Source: Amoebophrya sp. A120 (lineage: Eukaryota > Protista > Dinoflagellata). Taken from it: a stretch of 64,000 nt of DNA. The stretch lies in the NCBI GenBank assembly GCA_905178155.1, contig CAJINV010000004.1:7471768-7535767 (forward strand). The letters run 5' to 3'. Below, in pieces: positions 12,597-23,600 of this stretch. The first letter of the stretch is position 1, and each line of letters opens with the position of its first letter. The position numbers and the translations under genes were made by a program. The notes under the pieces were generated by a model. It was not told the DNA's origin. It ran no database searches and worked only from the letters and a program-made list of their open reading frames with translations.

Positions 12597-13760
12597 CTAC
12601 TGTGTGCCCGCACTATTTTGCGAGCTCTGCGGGTCTTCCTGAACCCGCTGCCGCTTACGGCTGGTGTATTCTTTCACCGCTGCAGCCGTCTTGTCCGCGA
12701 ACTTCCGCTGCAGCTCCAGCTGCGTCATTTTCGTCCTTTCCATACTTAAGTTGAAGGGCACTTTGTCAAAGTGCCGGATCGGCCATGGGCCTGATTCGTC
12801 AAAATCGTCCCGCGCAGCTATTTCGGTGTAGGGGGCCTGGGCGGTCAGCAGTGGGTCGATTTTCTTCGGTGCGTTTTCATAGTCGTCTTTTGCATAGAAT
12901 TTGATACCTCCGGACCACCTTGCGACCGTTCTTCGCAAGTTCCTGTAGGCCCCGGTTGTCCTGTGGACCCGCCCAGCGTCCAGTCCGGTGATCGTAAGCT
13001 GTGGCCCGTCGTGCGTGATCAGCGGGTTGGTGTCCAGTAGGTGCCGCACTGCCGCTTCCGCCGACACGATGTACTTCAATGTTGGCCGCGCGGTGATATC
13101 AGGGATATCCTCGTAGCCGTCCACGCAGACCATCGAGAACAGCTGTGTGTCGTTTTTAACCACCAGGGCCGCGCTGCTACTCCAGCAGCGGTGCACTACG
13201 ACCTCACTTACTTCTGCCGGCTCCGGCACATTTTTCCAATCGATGTCGGGCACGAGGCGTTTATGCATCATTACCGCCTCAAGGATGTCGCACCTCGAGG
13301 GCACGACGGTCTTCAACCCGTATTCGTCGCGCCAGGGGCCTGGCGCCCTGGCCTCCACCTGCTGTAGTTTTGCGCGTAGCTTGATATCGGAGCTTTGCAT
13401 TTCCCGGATGCACTCCTTTTGGCCGGGTGATACGCCGGCAGTAGCGGTAAGTGGTGGCGTTGTCATCCACCTCGTAGCCCTCCAGTCGCCCGTAAGCGCT
13501 ACCCAGTTTTGCGCCGCCCGGCGCTTGGTTTTTACAGCAGCGGTCCAGGGGTCCCGCGTGGCCAGAAGTGAATCGCTGAAAGCTAGCATGTAGCGCTCGT
13601 CCTTTGCGAGCCCGTTCGCCTCTGCCAAGGCTTTATACGCCTCGGGGGTAATTCCGAGGAAGTCCGCGATCGAGTGGGCGAGGTAGAAGAGGAATCTTTT
13701 CCACCTGGCAGCGTCCCAGGTATCCACCGCGAGCGGCGTGTAGTATGGCAGTTGTGCCAT
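12597..13760 (-). CDS. Hypothetical intronless protein, 387 aa
   Basis: Long ATG-started ORF; no family recognised; C-terminal RKRQR could be an NLS. Confidence 0.55.
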   Translation of the reverse strand: MAQLPYYTPLAVDTWDAARWKRFLFYLAHSIADFLGITPEAYKALAEANGLAKDERYMLAFSDSLLATRDPWTAAVKTKRRAAQNWVALTGDWRATRWMTTPPLTATAGVSPGQKECIREMQSSDIKLRAKLQQVEARAPGPWRDEYGLKTVVPSRCDILEAVMMHKRLVPDIDWKNVPEPAEVSEVVVHRCWSSSAALVVKNDTQLFSMVCVDGYEDIPDITARPTLKYIVSAEAAVRHLLDTNPLITHDGPQLTITGLDAGRVHRTTGAYRNLRRTVARWSGGIKFYAKDDYENAPKKIDPLLTAQAPYTEIAARDDFDESGPWPIRHFDKVPFNLSMERTKMTQLELQRKFADKTAAAVKEYTSRKRQRVQEDPQSSQNSAGTQ

Positions 13761-13764
13761 GAAT

Positions 13765-14823
13765 TAGGTGGCGATTGGCGTTGCCTCTTACTCAATTCCT
13801 CGATAGACAGGAGCGGGTTTACATCTTTTCGCAACCTGGCACACGACTAGAAGAGAGCAGTGTGGTCGCCTCTCTGACGTGAAAACACGCCTTTGCCCTA
13901 AACCCTGTGCTATATACCAGTCGCTACAAGTATGATCTGTAACCACCGAATTCTACCGACGCCACTATGTATGTAAAAACCCCAGACCCATGCGTAGTAC
14001 GAGAAAGCAATACAATGTAGAGCATGCCTGAATCCCGCGCTGCAGTGTTGTTGGACTTGGAATTTATATTGGTGACGTGTACTACCGCCTGCAGCTACTT
14101 TTTTTTTCCACGGCGTCTGTGGTTTGTTAACTTTTCCTCTTTTTTGCTCCTTGGATCTTACGAACTTGTTTCAGAAGCGCACAGACAAAGCTATCTACTA
14201 CCCCTGCATTTCAACATCAGCAGCTGTCGGGTCATACATATTTATTCTAGTGCCACGGGTCTCCACGTTATGCCGTGGACTTTCATCGCCGCATACAAAC
14301 ACGCGTTTTATCTACAGGGGGCGATATGGGAGATCTTGGGCATTTTCTAAGCCTACTAAGGCCTACATACACACCCGGTCGAGCCTAGCCTCTGTGTGTG
14401 TTAGTCAATATGATCGTGGGTGCCTGTGAACAGGCTATAAACTAGATGCGGTCTCTAAGTGGTTCAGACACACAGAGGCGCTTATATAAAACTTCTCCCT
14501 TCTTGCAGCGGCAGCGCGTTGCTGCGCATCCTCCAGCATGGGTTTCCGTGGCTGAACATCAGCAGCCCCCACAAGTGTCCTCTTCCCGAGCTGGCGCGAG
14601 GAAGGGCAGCGCGTGGCCGGGGCCACACACTACCCTTCCTCCATCTGTTTTCATTTCGATTATTGAATTAAGCATCGCATGCACAGCGCCATGAGGTAAG
14701 GACTGTCGGAACTGCTCTAGGACCATCTTCCCCCCGGAGCCCAAACTTGGACGTTGGTCGCGATGCAAAAACCCAGTCAGCAAATAGCCCCGTCGAGTGT
14801 ATGAACCCGGGACTCCAGTGCCG
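13765..14823. repeat. Diverged ~1.06 kb direct repeat, copy 2
   Basis: Colinear with 9325-10384. Confidence 0.85.
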
Positions 14824-16654
14824 ACCGGATGTATAGTAGTTCTTTCTTTTCTTCTTACGCTAGCAGTCCGAATTAAGATTGTCTACCATTCTTCTATCTG
14901 ATCGAGTTTTGGGCGCCTATCTGCCCAAAAACTCGGACTCGAAACTGAAGCCACGCACTCGCAGCTCCAGGATCGGTCGTAAAATGGTTTGTTTGCGTTT
15001 AGCGTTAGAACTTCTTTCTTTTTCAACAGACAGCAAAACTGGAAACTTGGGAAGCCATGAACTACTTGAAAAACCTGGGAAGCCTTAAACTAATGAAAAT
15101 ACCTGGGTAGCCTTAAACCTTTGAGTATTTTGGGGACCGTAAAAGAGTGAGTACTTTTGGTAGTGAAACGTGACAGATACAGATTAGAAATTGAGGCACG
15201 GACGTTTCTTAGGTCGTGAAGATCTTCGTATTTTGTGTGTTAGTGTGTGTGAGGGTGCGAGTTTTGGAAGATCGGTATCAAAACACGGCTAAGGGTCAGA
15301 ATAACGGGTTTGGTACTGTGAAAACCTTCAAAAGCGCTACAAGCCGTGACTCAAAAATAACAGAAAGTGGTGAAAATCCTGACGGTGAAGATCCTGGCGG
15401 CAGTTTACGCTTAAAAATTCCTGATTTCTATTGTTACGGCGATCAATTTGAACAAGAAAAAGCTACAAAAACTAAGGAATTTCGCTGACGGCAGTTTACG
15501 CCTAAAAATTACTGACTTAGAACCAAAACAGCATCTCTGTTGTTTGCAAGTTTTCATTTTTAGATGGGGACAAGGCGAGTAGGAAAAGAAGCAGAAAAAT
15601 TGGCATTTTTCCTGCTTTTTCCTTGCCTTATAAAGTCTAAATCAACCGAAATAGGTGGGGACAAGGCGTGCTGTATGAATTAGTAAAGCTACAGAAAAAT
15701 GAAGCGCGTCGTCGGTGTTGAGAGAAGAAAAATGACCTCTACCCCCCAACAACCGCTCCACCCGTAGAGCGTAGCGCGCGGGCAATACGTAGGGCGAAAG
15801 CACGACTAATTTGAAAAACGTAAACATTGCAACGAGAGCATGGTTGGTCGCTTCAACTGGCTCTCATCACCATATCGCACCACGAGATCCATTGAAACAA
15901 GTGAAAGAAACAGAAAAAAAGGGGAAGAAAGGCAAGCACTTTGCGCGCTTGGCTTTTAGTACACTAGTTCTACTGTAACTGCTTTTTTTTTGTGTGTTTT
16001 TTTTTTTTAGTTTTTTCGCTATAATAACTTCGGCCTTCCAACTATCGCTACACACTACTATCGGCACACTCCACGAGCTGCCTCCTCTTACGTCGGCACA
16101 CTCCACAGTGCGTCAGACTAAGATGCTAAACCGTGCGAGGATGCGGAATCTCACTAGGTCTACGACGAAATCCAAAACCCTGTTTTGGCAATGTGCGAAA
16201 ATTTAGTTGTTACGCCGTGCACGTATCCGCTTCCGCACGGATTAGAAGTTGAATTAGAAGTTGAAGTGATGCATATTAAACAAGTCATTCTCATTACGGG
16301 CGGTCACATGAGCGTCTAAAATGAGTTCCAATCCTTCTCTTATCCGGCCAACCTTTTATTGTGATCTACCGACGTCGAAATGCGTACGCAATCCGATTTG
16401 TATAGTATCTATACAACTAAAGCGTAATCGGATCCGCCAGGCGTCGCCTCGCGCAGGATGTTGACAGTCTAATCCAACAATAGAGATGACTCCCATCTCG
16501 AGGTGAGTTCCGCTTAATATGGCAAGATCTTCAAGACTTCTGGTTCTGGCGTTTGCGGCCGAGATGCTAATCTACCATCAGGAGACACAAGCCTTCTTAT
16601 TCACTGGATCCAAAAAGCCGAAAACCTAAGCCCGGCTGATCCAAGGGAAAAAAG

Positions 16655-16850
16655 AACATTCCAGAGAAAAATTGAACCCGAAAAGAGCAACACGTCCCAG
16701 CCATCACTGGTTGACGAGGCCGATCATGCTTCATGCACAACAACATCAAAATGCCCCAAAAATTAGTGCAGGATTAGCAAAAACTTTTCTTCCAACAGCG
16801 CACAGAAATCCGGGTACTTCGTTCTGCATACTCGAATGAAGTCTCGCAAG
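16655..16850 (-). repeat. Duplicated 3' end (last codons + 3' flank) of the 20624-27066 gene
   Basis: Matches 20473-20711; encodes LRDFIRVCRTKYPDFCALLEEKFLLILH*. Confidence 0.85.
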
Positions 16851-16965
16851 ATCACCGTAAACCTCCTGTTTCTCTTTTTAAAATGGGTACTTATTTACAA
16901 AAATGCAAACCCTAGCTACAAGAAAGGGTACGGGCCGGTGGCGGTGTGTGGCTTCGAAAATCCTG

Positions 16966-19527
16966 CTAGGATTCTGGTGGTGGCGCGGGCCCGGAGGGCG
17001 TGATTTTACCCATGTTAGCGCGCGCTTCCTCTGCAGCCATCGCTTTTCGCAGCACGCGCAGGTAGGTAGTTTCCGGCCTGTGTTTCGCTGCACGCGCAGG
17101 AGGGCCTGTGTCATCGCCGCCGGCTACGCGGAGGTAAGTAGTTGGCTCTGTATCCAGAGACGCAAGTGCATCCACAATGTGCGCTGGGTTTGCCATGTCA
17201 CTCCCGTCGTCGGAGAGCTTGTTAGCCTCCGTCGCGCCTCCTACCGGCCCCGCCGATGCTGGTGTCCTCGTCCCTGGGCCCGCAAATTGATACGGCTGAG
17301 GCTGGTGCTCTGCGTTACCTGGACGCATAAGTGCGGCTGCTTCAGAGTTTTTCACGGAGCCGCCCGCAAAGGGGCTCAGCATCGGTGGTGGCGTGGTTTT
17401 CGTCAGTCTGTCCTGATGCCGGTTCGCAAACCGCAGCACCGGGTCACGGCCCACCGGAAGCACGGTGCCTGTAACGGACTCCTCTTCTGCGATGCCCTCC
17501 GGCGCTCCAGCTCCGTGCTTAAGTGATTGGTTGAATTTTGGGTCGACCGCTGGCGGCGCTGTTCGTTTCAGTAGTACCGTGGGAGCGGGATCGATCCGCG
17601 GCAAGGTAAGCACGTATGTCGAATCTCGAACCGTACTCGGCCGCTGGGATGGAACAAGTCCGCGACTCTGCTGTTCCCGTGGAGCTTTATTTCCGCGCCT
17701 TCTGTAAGTCGAAGTCGCACTTGCAGCACCGCCAGCGCTTCGCACCGCCGTTCCCCGAGTTCCAAGAGCATTCTCCAGAGCAGTGCCGGGATCTCCCTGT
17801 GGCTCAAGCAGCTGCGCGTTTGCATATATTTTTGTTCTCTGGCGCCACCGCTGCGCCGCCGGTCTTCGACGAGGAGACTTGTTTAGCAAGGAATGCTTCC
17901 GGTGCTGCACCTGCTGCAGAAAGAAGAAGATCACTACAACCAGCGCGACCATTAGAGCTGCCGCACCAATAATCGTTCCGTAAAAGCAGTACTCTAGGAG
18001 CGAATCGTCTGACGCGGATACTGCACTGCCCGAGCCTATCCCGTTTGCCATGACGCCGCCCCTATTGTGTGTAGCATTGGCCCCACGAGCATCCATCTTG
18101 TTCATGCAGAACTCGCCTAGCCACAAAAAATCTTCCGCCTCATCAACGTTTTCTACGAGCACGGTCCCGTTTTCATCGGTTCTCCTCCTCCATTTCGATG
18201 AATCGGATAGGTCTCCAGGAGAAAGGGCTGAGTTGTCGTAAATTTCACGATACAAGAACACACCATCGGGCGGGTAAGCAAAACCTTCTCTGTCTCGCGT
18301 GTTCTCGAACAGACGGCAAGTTCCGGCGATTTCTTCAATGTAATTCGTCTTTGGCTCAAGAGGGGCGCTCGGATTGAAACCCTGCGCGTCTGACACAGAG
18401 CCAAACATGTAAGCCGCACAGCCCTGCGCTGCGTCGCACTTCTGTTCACAAGCCTGCTGCGACGCCAGCCCTCGGACCACAAGCTTGGTTTTGCAAAGCG
18501 CGGACGGCCCACATCCGCAAATCCCCCTAAGTGGTGAGGCGGACCGATATCGCGTCACGAAAGAGCTCCGATGCTTGCCGGGTTTCTTTCGCAGACAGCC
18601 GAATGGTATCCAGCCGCTTTTATTTAATCTAGTCCTGGTATCGTCGGCGTCCGTTTTGCCGAGTTTGTTCATTTTGTCCGATAATAGCTGGCCGCTATTG
18701 AGCCCCAACGCCACGCCATCGACAAGTGTGTGTTGCACAGAATATTCGCAGTTACCGGAGTAGGCGAACCCCATGCATGCCGCGTTACTTGTGCAGTTAG
18801 CTTGACATGTATTGAAGTCTTCGACTGGGTGTGCGAATTTCGCGGGGCAAAAGTTTCCTTGGCACGTACAGTACCCGGGTTGTGTCCACTCGTACAGATT
18901 CTTGTCAACGCTGGCTTCGATAGTGGCAATCGCGGCCGCAACGTCATCCGGCCACTGCTGCTCAACCAGGCTTGTTCCTTCCTTTGGACCAGGAAACGTC
19001 GACCTGGTGGCGTTCAACTGCAGAGGCATAAATGTCAAGCTGGTGCTGCTGCTCCTTGTCCTTCCGCTAAAAAGGGCGCCTCTCGTTCGCTGGTGCACAC
19101 CTTCGAGGTCATCCTCATCGACGAGCTGTGCAAATGTACTAGTTCCTCTGATTGTGGACGGAACCGGAAGGACCGCGCTGTAAACCGCGGCAGCTTTGTT
19201 GTTATTTTCTTTTTCATCCTCTTGGTCTACAGCGTCCAGGTCGGCAAGATGATTATTTGTATTTTCGTCTGCAGTCATCGTCGTGCTCGCGTCCCCCCGG
19301 ATGATCGACGTCGTCCGTAGGCGATTCTCGGAGGTCACCACACATTGTCCGTGAAGGTGAACAAGAAATGTCAGACGAACGTAGAACACAAACTGCGCTT
19401 GTCGCCATTGCACCTTAGAAGTCCGGGAGGGAGCGGGCCCTGTTCCTTCTTGCGCCCGTGTCATCTTACTTTCAATCCCCCGGCCGCCGCAATAGTAAAG
19501 AAGCAGACCCGGCTGGCTCTTCTGCAC
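16966..19527 (-). CDS. Type I membrane protein with two PAN/Apple-like Cys domains (adhesin-like), intronless; start uncertain
   Basis: CQANCTSNAACMGFAY and CEQKCDAAQGCAAYMF; TM helix FYGTIIGAAALMVALVVVIFFFL followed by basic residues; N-terminal hydrophobic stretch. Confidence 0.75.
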   Translation of the reverse strand: MQKSQPGLLLYYCGGRGIESKMTRAQEGTGPAPSRTSKVQWRQAQFVFYVRLTFLVHLHGQCVVTSENRLRTTSIIRGDASTTMTADENTNNHLADLDAVDQEDEKENNNKAAAVYSAVLPVPSTIRGTSTFAQLVDEDDLEGVHQRTRGALFSGRTRSSSTSLTFMPLQLNATRSTFPGPKEGTSLVEQQWPDDVAAAIATIEASVDKNLYEWTQPGYCTCQGNFCPAKFAHPVEDFNTCQANCTSNAACMGFAYSGNCEYSVQHTLVDGVALGLNSGQLLSDKMNKLGKTDADDTRTRLNKSGWIPFGCLRKKPGKHRSSFVTRYRSASPLRGICGCGPSALCKTKLVVRGLASQQACEQKCDAAQGCAAYMFGSVSDAQGFNPSAPLEPKTNYIEEIAGTCRLFENTRDREGFAYPPDGVFLYREIYDNSALSPGDLSDSSKWRRRTDENGTVLVENVDEAEDFLWLGEFCMNKMDARGANATHNRGGVMANGIGSGSAVSASDDSLLEYCFYGTIIGAAALMVALVVVIFFFLQQVQHRKHSLLNKSPRRRPAAQRWRQRTKIYANAQLLEPQGDPGTALENALGTRGTAVRSAGGAASATSTYRRRGNKAPREQQSRGLVPSQRPSTVRDSTYVLTLPRIDPAPTVLLKRTAPPAVDPKFNQSLKHGAGAPEGIAEEESVTGTVLPVGRDPVLRFANRHQDRLTKTTPPPMLSPFAGGSVKNSEAAALMRPGNAEHQPQPYQFAGPGTRTPASAGPVGGATEANKLSDDGSDMANPAHIVDALASLDTEPTTYLRVAGGDDTGPPARAAKHRPETTYLRVLRKAMAAEEARANMGKITPSGPAPPPES

Positions 19528-19771
19528 AAGTCTTTACTGTGATCTAGCTGACATCGCCGAAGGAAATCTCACCCTACTTACCACACCAAAAAACATCAAA
19601 ATGAAGTCAACAGAATCTGAGTGCTATGCTCACACTATGAAGCTTTTTGCAAATGAAAAGGGAAGTCTTCGGGTTTTCGTTTTCCTCGCTGAGTTCCTGC
19701 TTTTTTTCAGTCCGCCGAGAAGGGAACCTTACGGGCGAATTCGCTCATACCCAGCGAGGGAGGATGCGGCT

Positions 19772-19917
19772 CCCGGGTACCCCAGAAACAGGGTACCAAA
19801 TAGGGGTACCAAACAATGATTATAGGGGTACCAAATGGGGGCACCAAATAGAAGGGGTACCCCCGAAACAGGGCATCAAATAGGGGTATTAAAACATAGG
19901 ACTAAAATAGGGGTGCT
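19772..19917. repeat. Degenerate tandem GGGGTACCAAATA-like repeats
   Basis: About 8 imperfect units upstream of the PAN gene. Confidence 0.7.
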
Positions 19918-20623
19918 CTACTGTAGATGACTCGTAGGAGCCGTAGTTGGCATGGCATGCAATCAAGACAGGGCATAAAATCTCTGCGCCGGCAAAACCG
20001 AAAGTAACGACGAGTCGCAAATTCAGGAGCAACTGAGCGGGCAGTGAGTTCCAGCAGCGAACTCGTCCTGTCTGTAAACAAGCACTATCAACACCGACCC
20101 AGCTCGCCGGGAGCACCGAGTAGACAGAAGACAAAACAAAGCGAGAGCAATCCGATGCAACTACCGAGAAGGATGTTCTACTTCAGGTTCTGCGATGTGG
20201 AATACCGAGAGGTGAAATAAATGTGGCAAAGGCAATACCGAGTGAAACTTTCACTGACTGACCGACCGACCACGATGCTGCTACTAGCGTGCCGGCTCTG
20301 AGCCCTGACGAAATTAGGACTGTGACGAGGGCCGAACATGAACTGGAAAAGCATCCACACCTCCTGACGGTCAACTATCAATCTTGTCAACCAATGCAAC
20401 AATAAGTAGGCTGCTTCCAAAAAACTCTGGCTGTTAATAGGCGACAGGAGTTCGGAGCTTCACTAATAAATCAACATTCCGGAGAAAAATAGAACCCGAA
20501 AAGAGCAACACGTCCCAGCGATAACTGGTTCTTGACGAGGCCGATTATGTTCATGCTTCATCTACTAAGTACAACCTGTGATGCTAATCAATGCACAACA
20601 ACAAAACGCGAATGCCCAAGTAA

Positions 20624-23600
20624 TTAGTGCAGGATTAGCAAAAACTTTTCTTCCAATAACGCACAGAAATCCGAGTACTTCGTTCTGAATACTCGAATGA
20701 AGTCTCGCAAGGCGGCAGCAAGATGGACAGAATGAGGCGAAAACATGATCAGCTCATCATCTTTCGACAAACCGCCGGACGTTGCGTCCAGTGCTCGGCC
20801 AATGCCGCATGATTCTTCACGAGAGACGAGGGACCTGTTGTACCTTCGGAGGTAGTTCCTCCGAACTGCAAAGGTCCCACGCAGAACGAGGTTATTTTTT
20901 CCAACCTTACTTTCGCGCCTCATCGCCCGTAGACCTTCTTGTCCCATCGAGGCCACCCTGTTGACCGCGCTTTTTCGCACGCTCGACGCGTATTCTGCCA
21001 GCACCGCGCGCCGTCTCACCCGCCACCGCGCCGTCGGGACGGCCTGCCAGGACAAATTCCTGGTCGCCACGATGGGGCGGTCGCGGTAATCTAGCTCGTT
21101 CGTTTGCCGAGCTTCGAGTTGCTGCTGCCAGCGATGTTTATGACTTGCAAAAGCATCGTACTAGAACTAGTAGTAATTGCATATACAAATATACCTTAGC
21201 ATGGCAAATGAAATTTGTGATGCTGTTCTACCTCGGGATGGAGATTTGTAGTGCATAATTCTAATCACTACGAGTACGATACTTTTGCACAGGATAATGT
21301 TTTTCCCGCTGCAGTCTCCTTTTTTCTTCGAACCCGATCTGCTTTTCCGTTTCCCTCCGCTTCTATCAAATGCAAAAATGTCTGGGGCTGGAAGATTACT
21401 AGGTTTGTCATGCAGGTTCTCCATGACCCACGCGGTCTGGCATGCACGGCCTAGCATGACAGGTTCTGTGAGATCTCTATCATGCCTTTCCTGCATGAGA
21501 CACTGCCTCTCAATTTGTTCAAAAGTGGGCCTCTTTTGGTAACCACGCAACACAAATTTTTCCACGATCCAGATGTAGCATGACAACTTACACTCTTCCA
21601 GAGCCAGCCATATTTGCAATGCGCAGCTTCTGCTTCAGTCGTAAACGCCGAAATCGCAAGCGGCGCGCGGCGGGATGGGAGGTGGTGGGGGTCCTCTGGT
21701 TGATGAAGAAACTACTACCCGAATTCCGCTTCTTGCGGAGGTTGAGCTTGTTCACGCGGGACAAAGCAGGAGTAGTAGTCTTCGAACTGCCTGGCAACAT
21801 CGCTGGTTCATCTTGAGCGCCACCTTTGCCGTCTTTTTCCAATGGCACTGTGGTGATCAAGCCGCTCCGCGCGTGGTAGGACACCCTATCTGCGAATCGC
21901 TGCACCTTCGCTTGCGGGTCGGGGACAGTGTCCACGTCCTCTGCAAGAGCCCCTGTGCAGCTGGTTGGGTTCTGGTTCCGCAACGCAAAGTCCATGGGCG
22001 GCTCGCACTCTACATCCGCGGATATTTTTTCCAGCCCACGCAGCGCCTCCGTATCGAAGGGAACTACAAGGGCTTTCTGCTTTGCGCTCTTGTTCTCTTG
22101 CTGTAAACCTCTTCTACCCGGACGGGAGGTGCGGCTGTGCTCTTCTTGCAAACTACTCCCCATGTTGCGCCGTCCACAAGATGGCACCTCGACCTCCGCG
22201 CATTTGGCTCCACTATGAAAATTTCCGTTGGGTAGTTCTTGTTCTTCTACTACAGAACGTCCCAGGTCGGAAAATTCCGCACCTTCACCGACGGCGGCTG
22301 CTGCCGAGAAAAGCGCAATCGGATCATGATCGGGAAAATCGAAGTTTTTCAAAGAATCGTCTCTTGCTTCGCCACTACAACTTCCGGCGCGGTGGTTGAG
22401 GACACGCGCTTCGTGCATCTTCTCCCGCTGCAGCTGTCGTTCCTTTTCGAGCATCACGGCCACTTGCTTCTCCAGCTCAAGCTTTCCCCAACTCAGTGCT
22501 TCCTCCGCATACTTGGGGACGAATTCCTGGTAGCTAAGCATCAGGTAGATCAGCGCAACAAGCTGCGTGACGTCCTGCTCGCAGTTTTGATGTTGTGCCG
22601 TGGGTGGCGTGGTGATTTGTATCGTCGTGTCAAGGTGCTTTTTGGCATGATCATGATCATGGTTGACACGGCAAGTCTCGTTCTTACCACTCGTGCCGTC
22701 ACGACAACCACGCTGGTTAGTCATTTCGCTTGTGTTGTACACAAACGCATGCCTCGTTCGTGGCTGTAGCAGCGCGTGAAACAAGCTGCCTGCTTTCTTC
22801 GGTAACGGCGATTTGGATGTCCTCCCGGTGGGAGAACAACAAGAACTCCAACTCGAATGATTTTTAGCCTCTCTACTCTTGGACAGCACGGCTCTCCTTC
22901 CACTTGAACTAGAACTATTTCCGCGACCGCATAGCCGCAAAAATGATTTGACTACAGAAACCTTTTCCATCAGCGTGAATTCCGACAAGTAGACCACACA
23001 CTCCTCCGCGAGCGCCCCCAACAACGTACTCCCGTTTCCCGCGGAGGTCACACGGTAGCGCGTCAGGATCCGCAATAGGCTGCACAGGTCAGTGGGCGTG
23101 AGCTGATTCGCGGAGGAGGACACGGGCTTCGGAATTTGAGGTGGTGATCCGGAGTATGAACTGCAAAACCAAAAGTATCGCACTCGTATAAATGCATTAC
23201 AAATTTTCTCAGCATGAGGGATGAAATTTGTAATGCTGATTTCCCTTAAGGGAAAGATTTGTAATGCATGATTGCAATACGAGTACGATACTTTTGCACA
23301 GGATACGGAGGATGCGGTTGCGGTTCTCGACGCAGACCAATAGTTGTGAAGCAGCAGAGGTGCGTCAACTCCACCACCCGCAATAAATTTCTTGTCCGCC
23401 CTCTCCTGCCCCCGTCGCCGCCGCCTCGCTTCTTGCACCTCGTTAATTTTCGCTTCGAGTACCTTGAAGTAGCTCTCTCCCCCGAGGGGAAAGGCGTTTG
23501 GAACCAGTTTTGTTTTTCTGGATGCTGTTGTACTACTTCTTGATTTACTTCTTGTCGCACTCCTTTTTAGTTTTGCGCTAGAAGAGCCGAATGTTGCGCT

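Noticed and set aside
14350-14430. Minus-strand YVGLSR resembling a PIF1/Helitron helicase motif VI
   Set aside because: Not conserved in the second repeat copy, in-frame stops nearby, no other helicase motifs
9325-14823. Intact LTR retrotransposon
   Set aside because: No TG...CA ends, PBS, gag or RT recognised; the repeats are strongly diverged
15065-15520. Short direct repeats (CCTGGGWAGCCTTAAAC; GGCAGTTTACGCYTAAAAATT)
   Set aside because: Only two copies each and no interpretable structure
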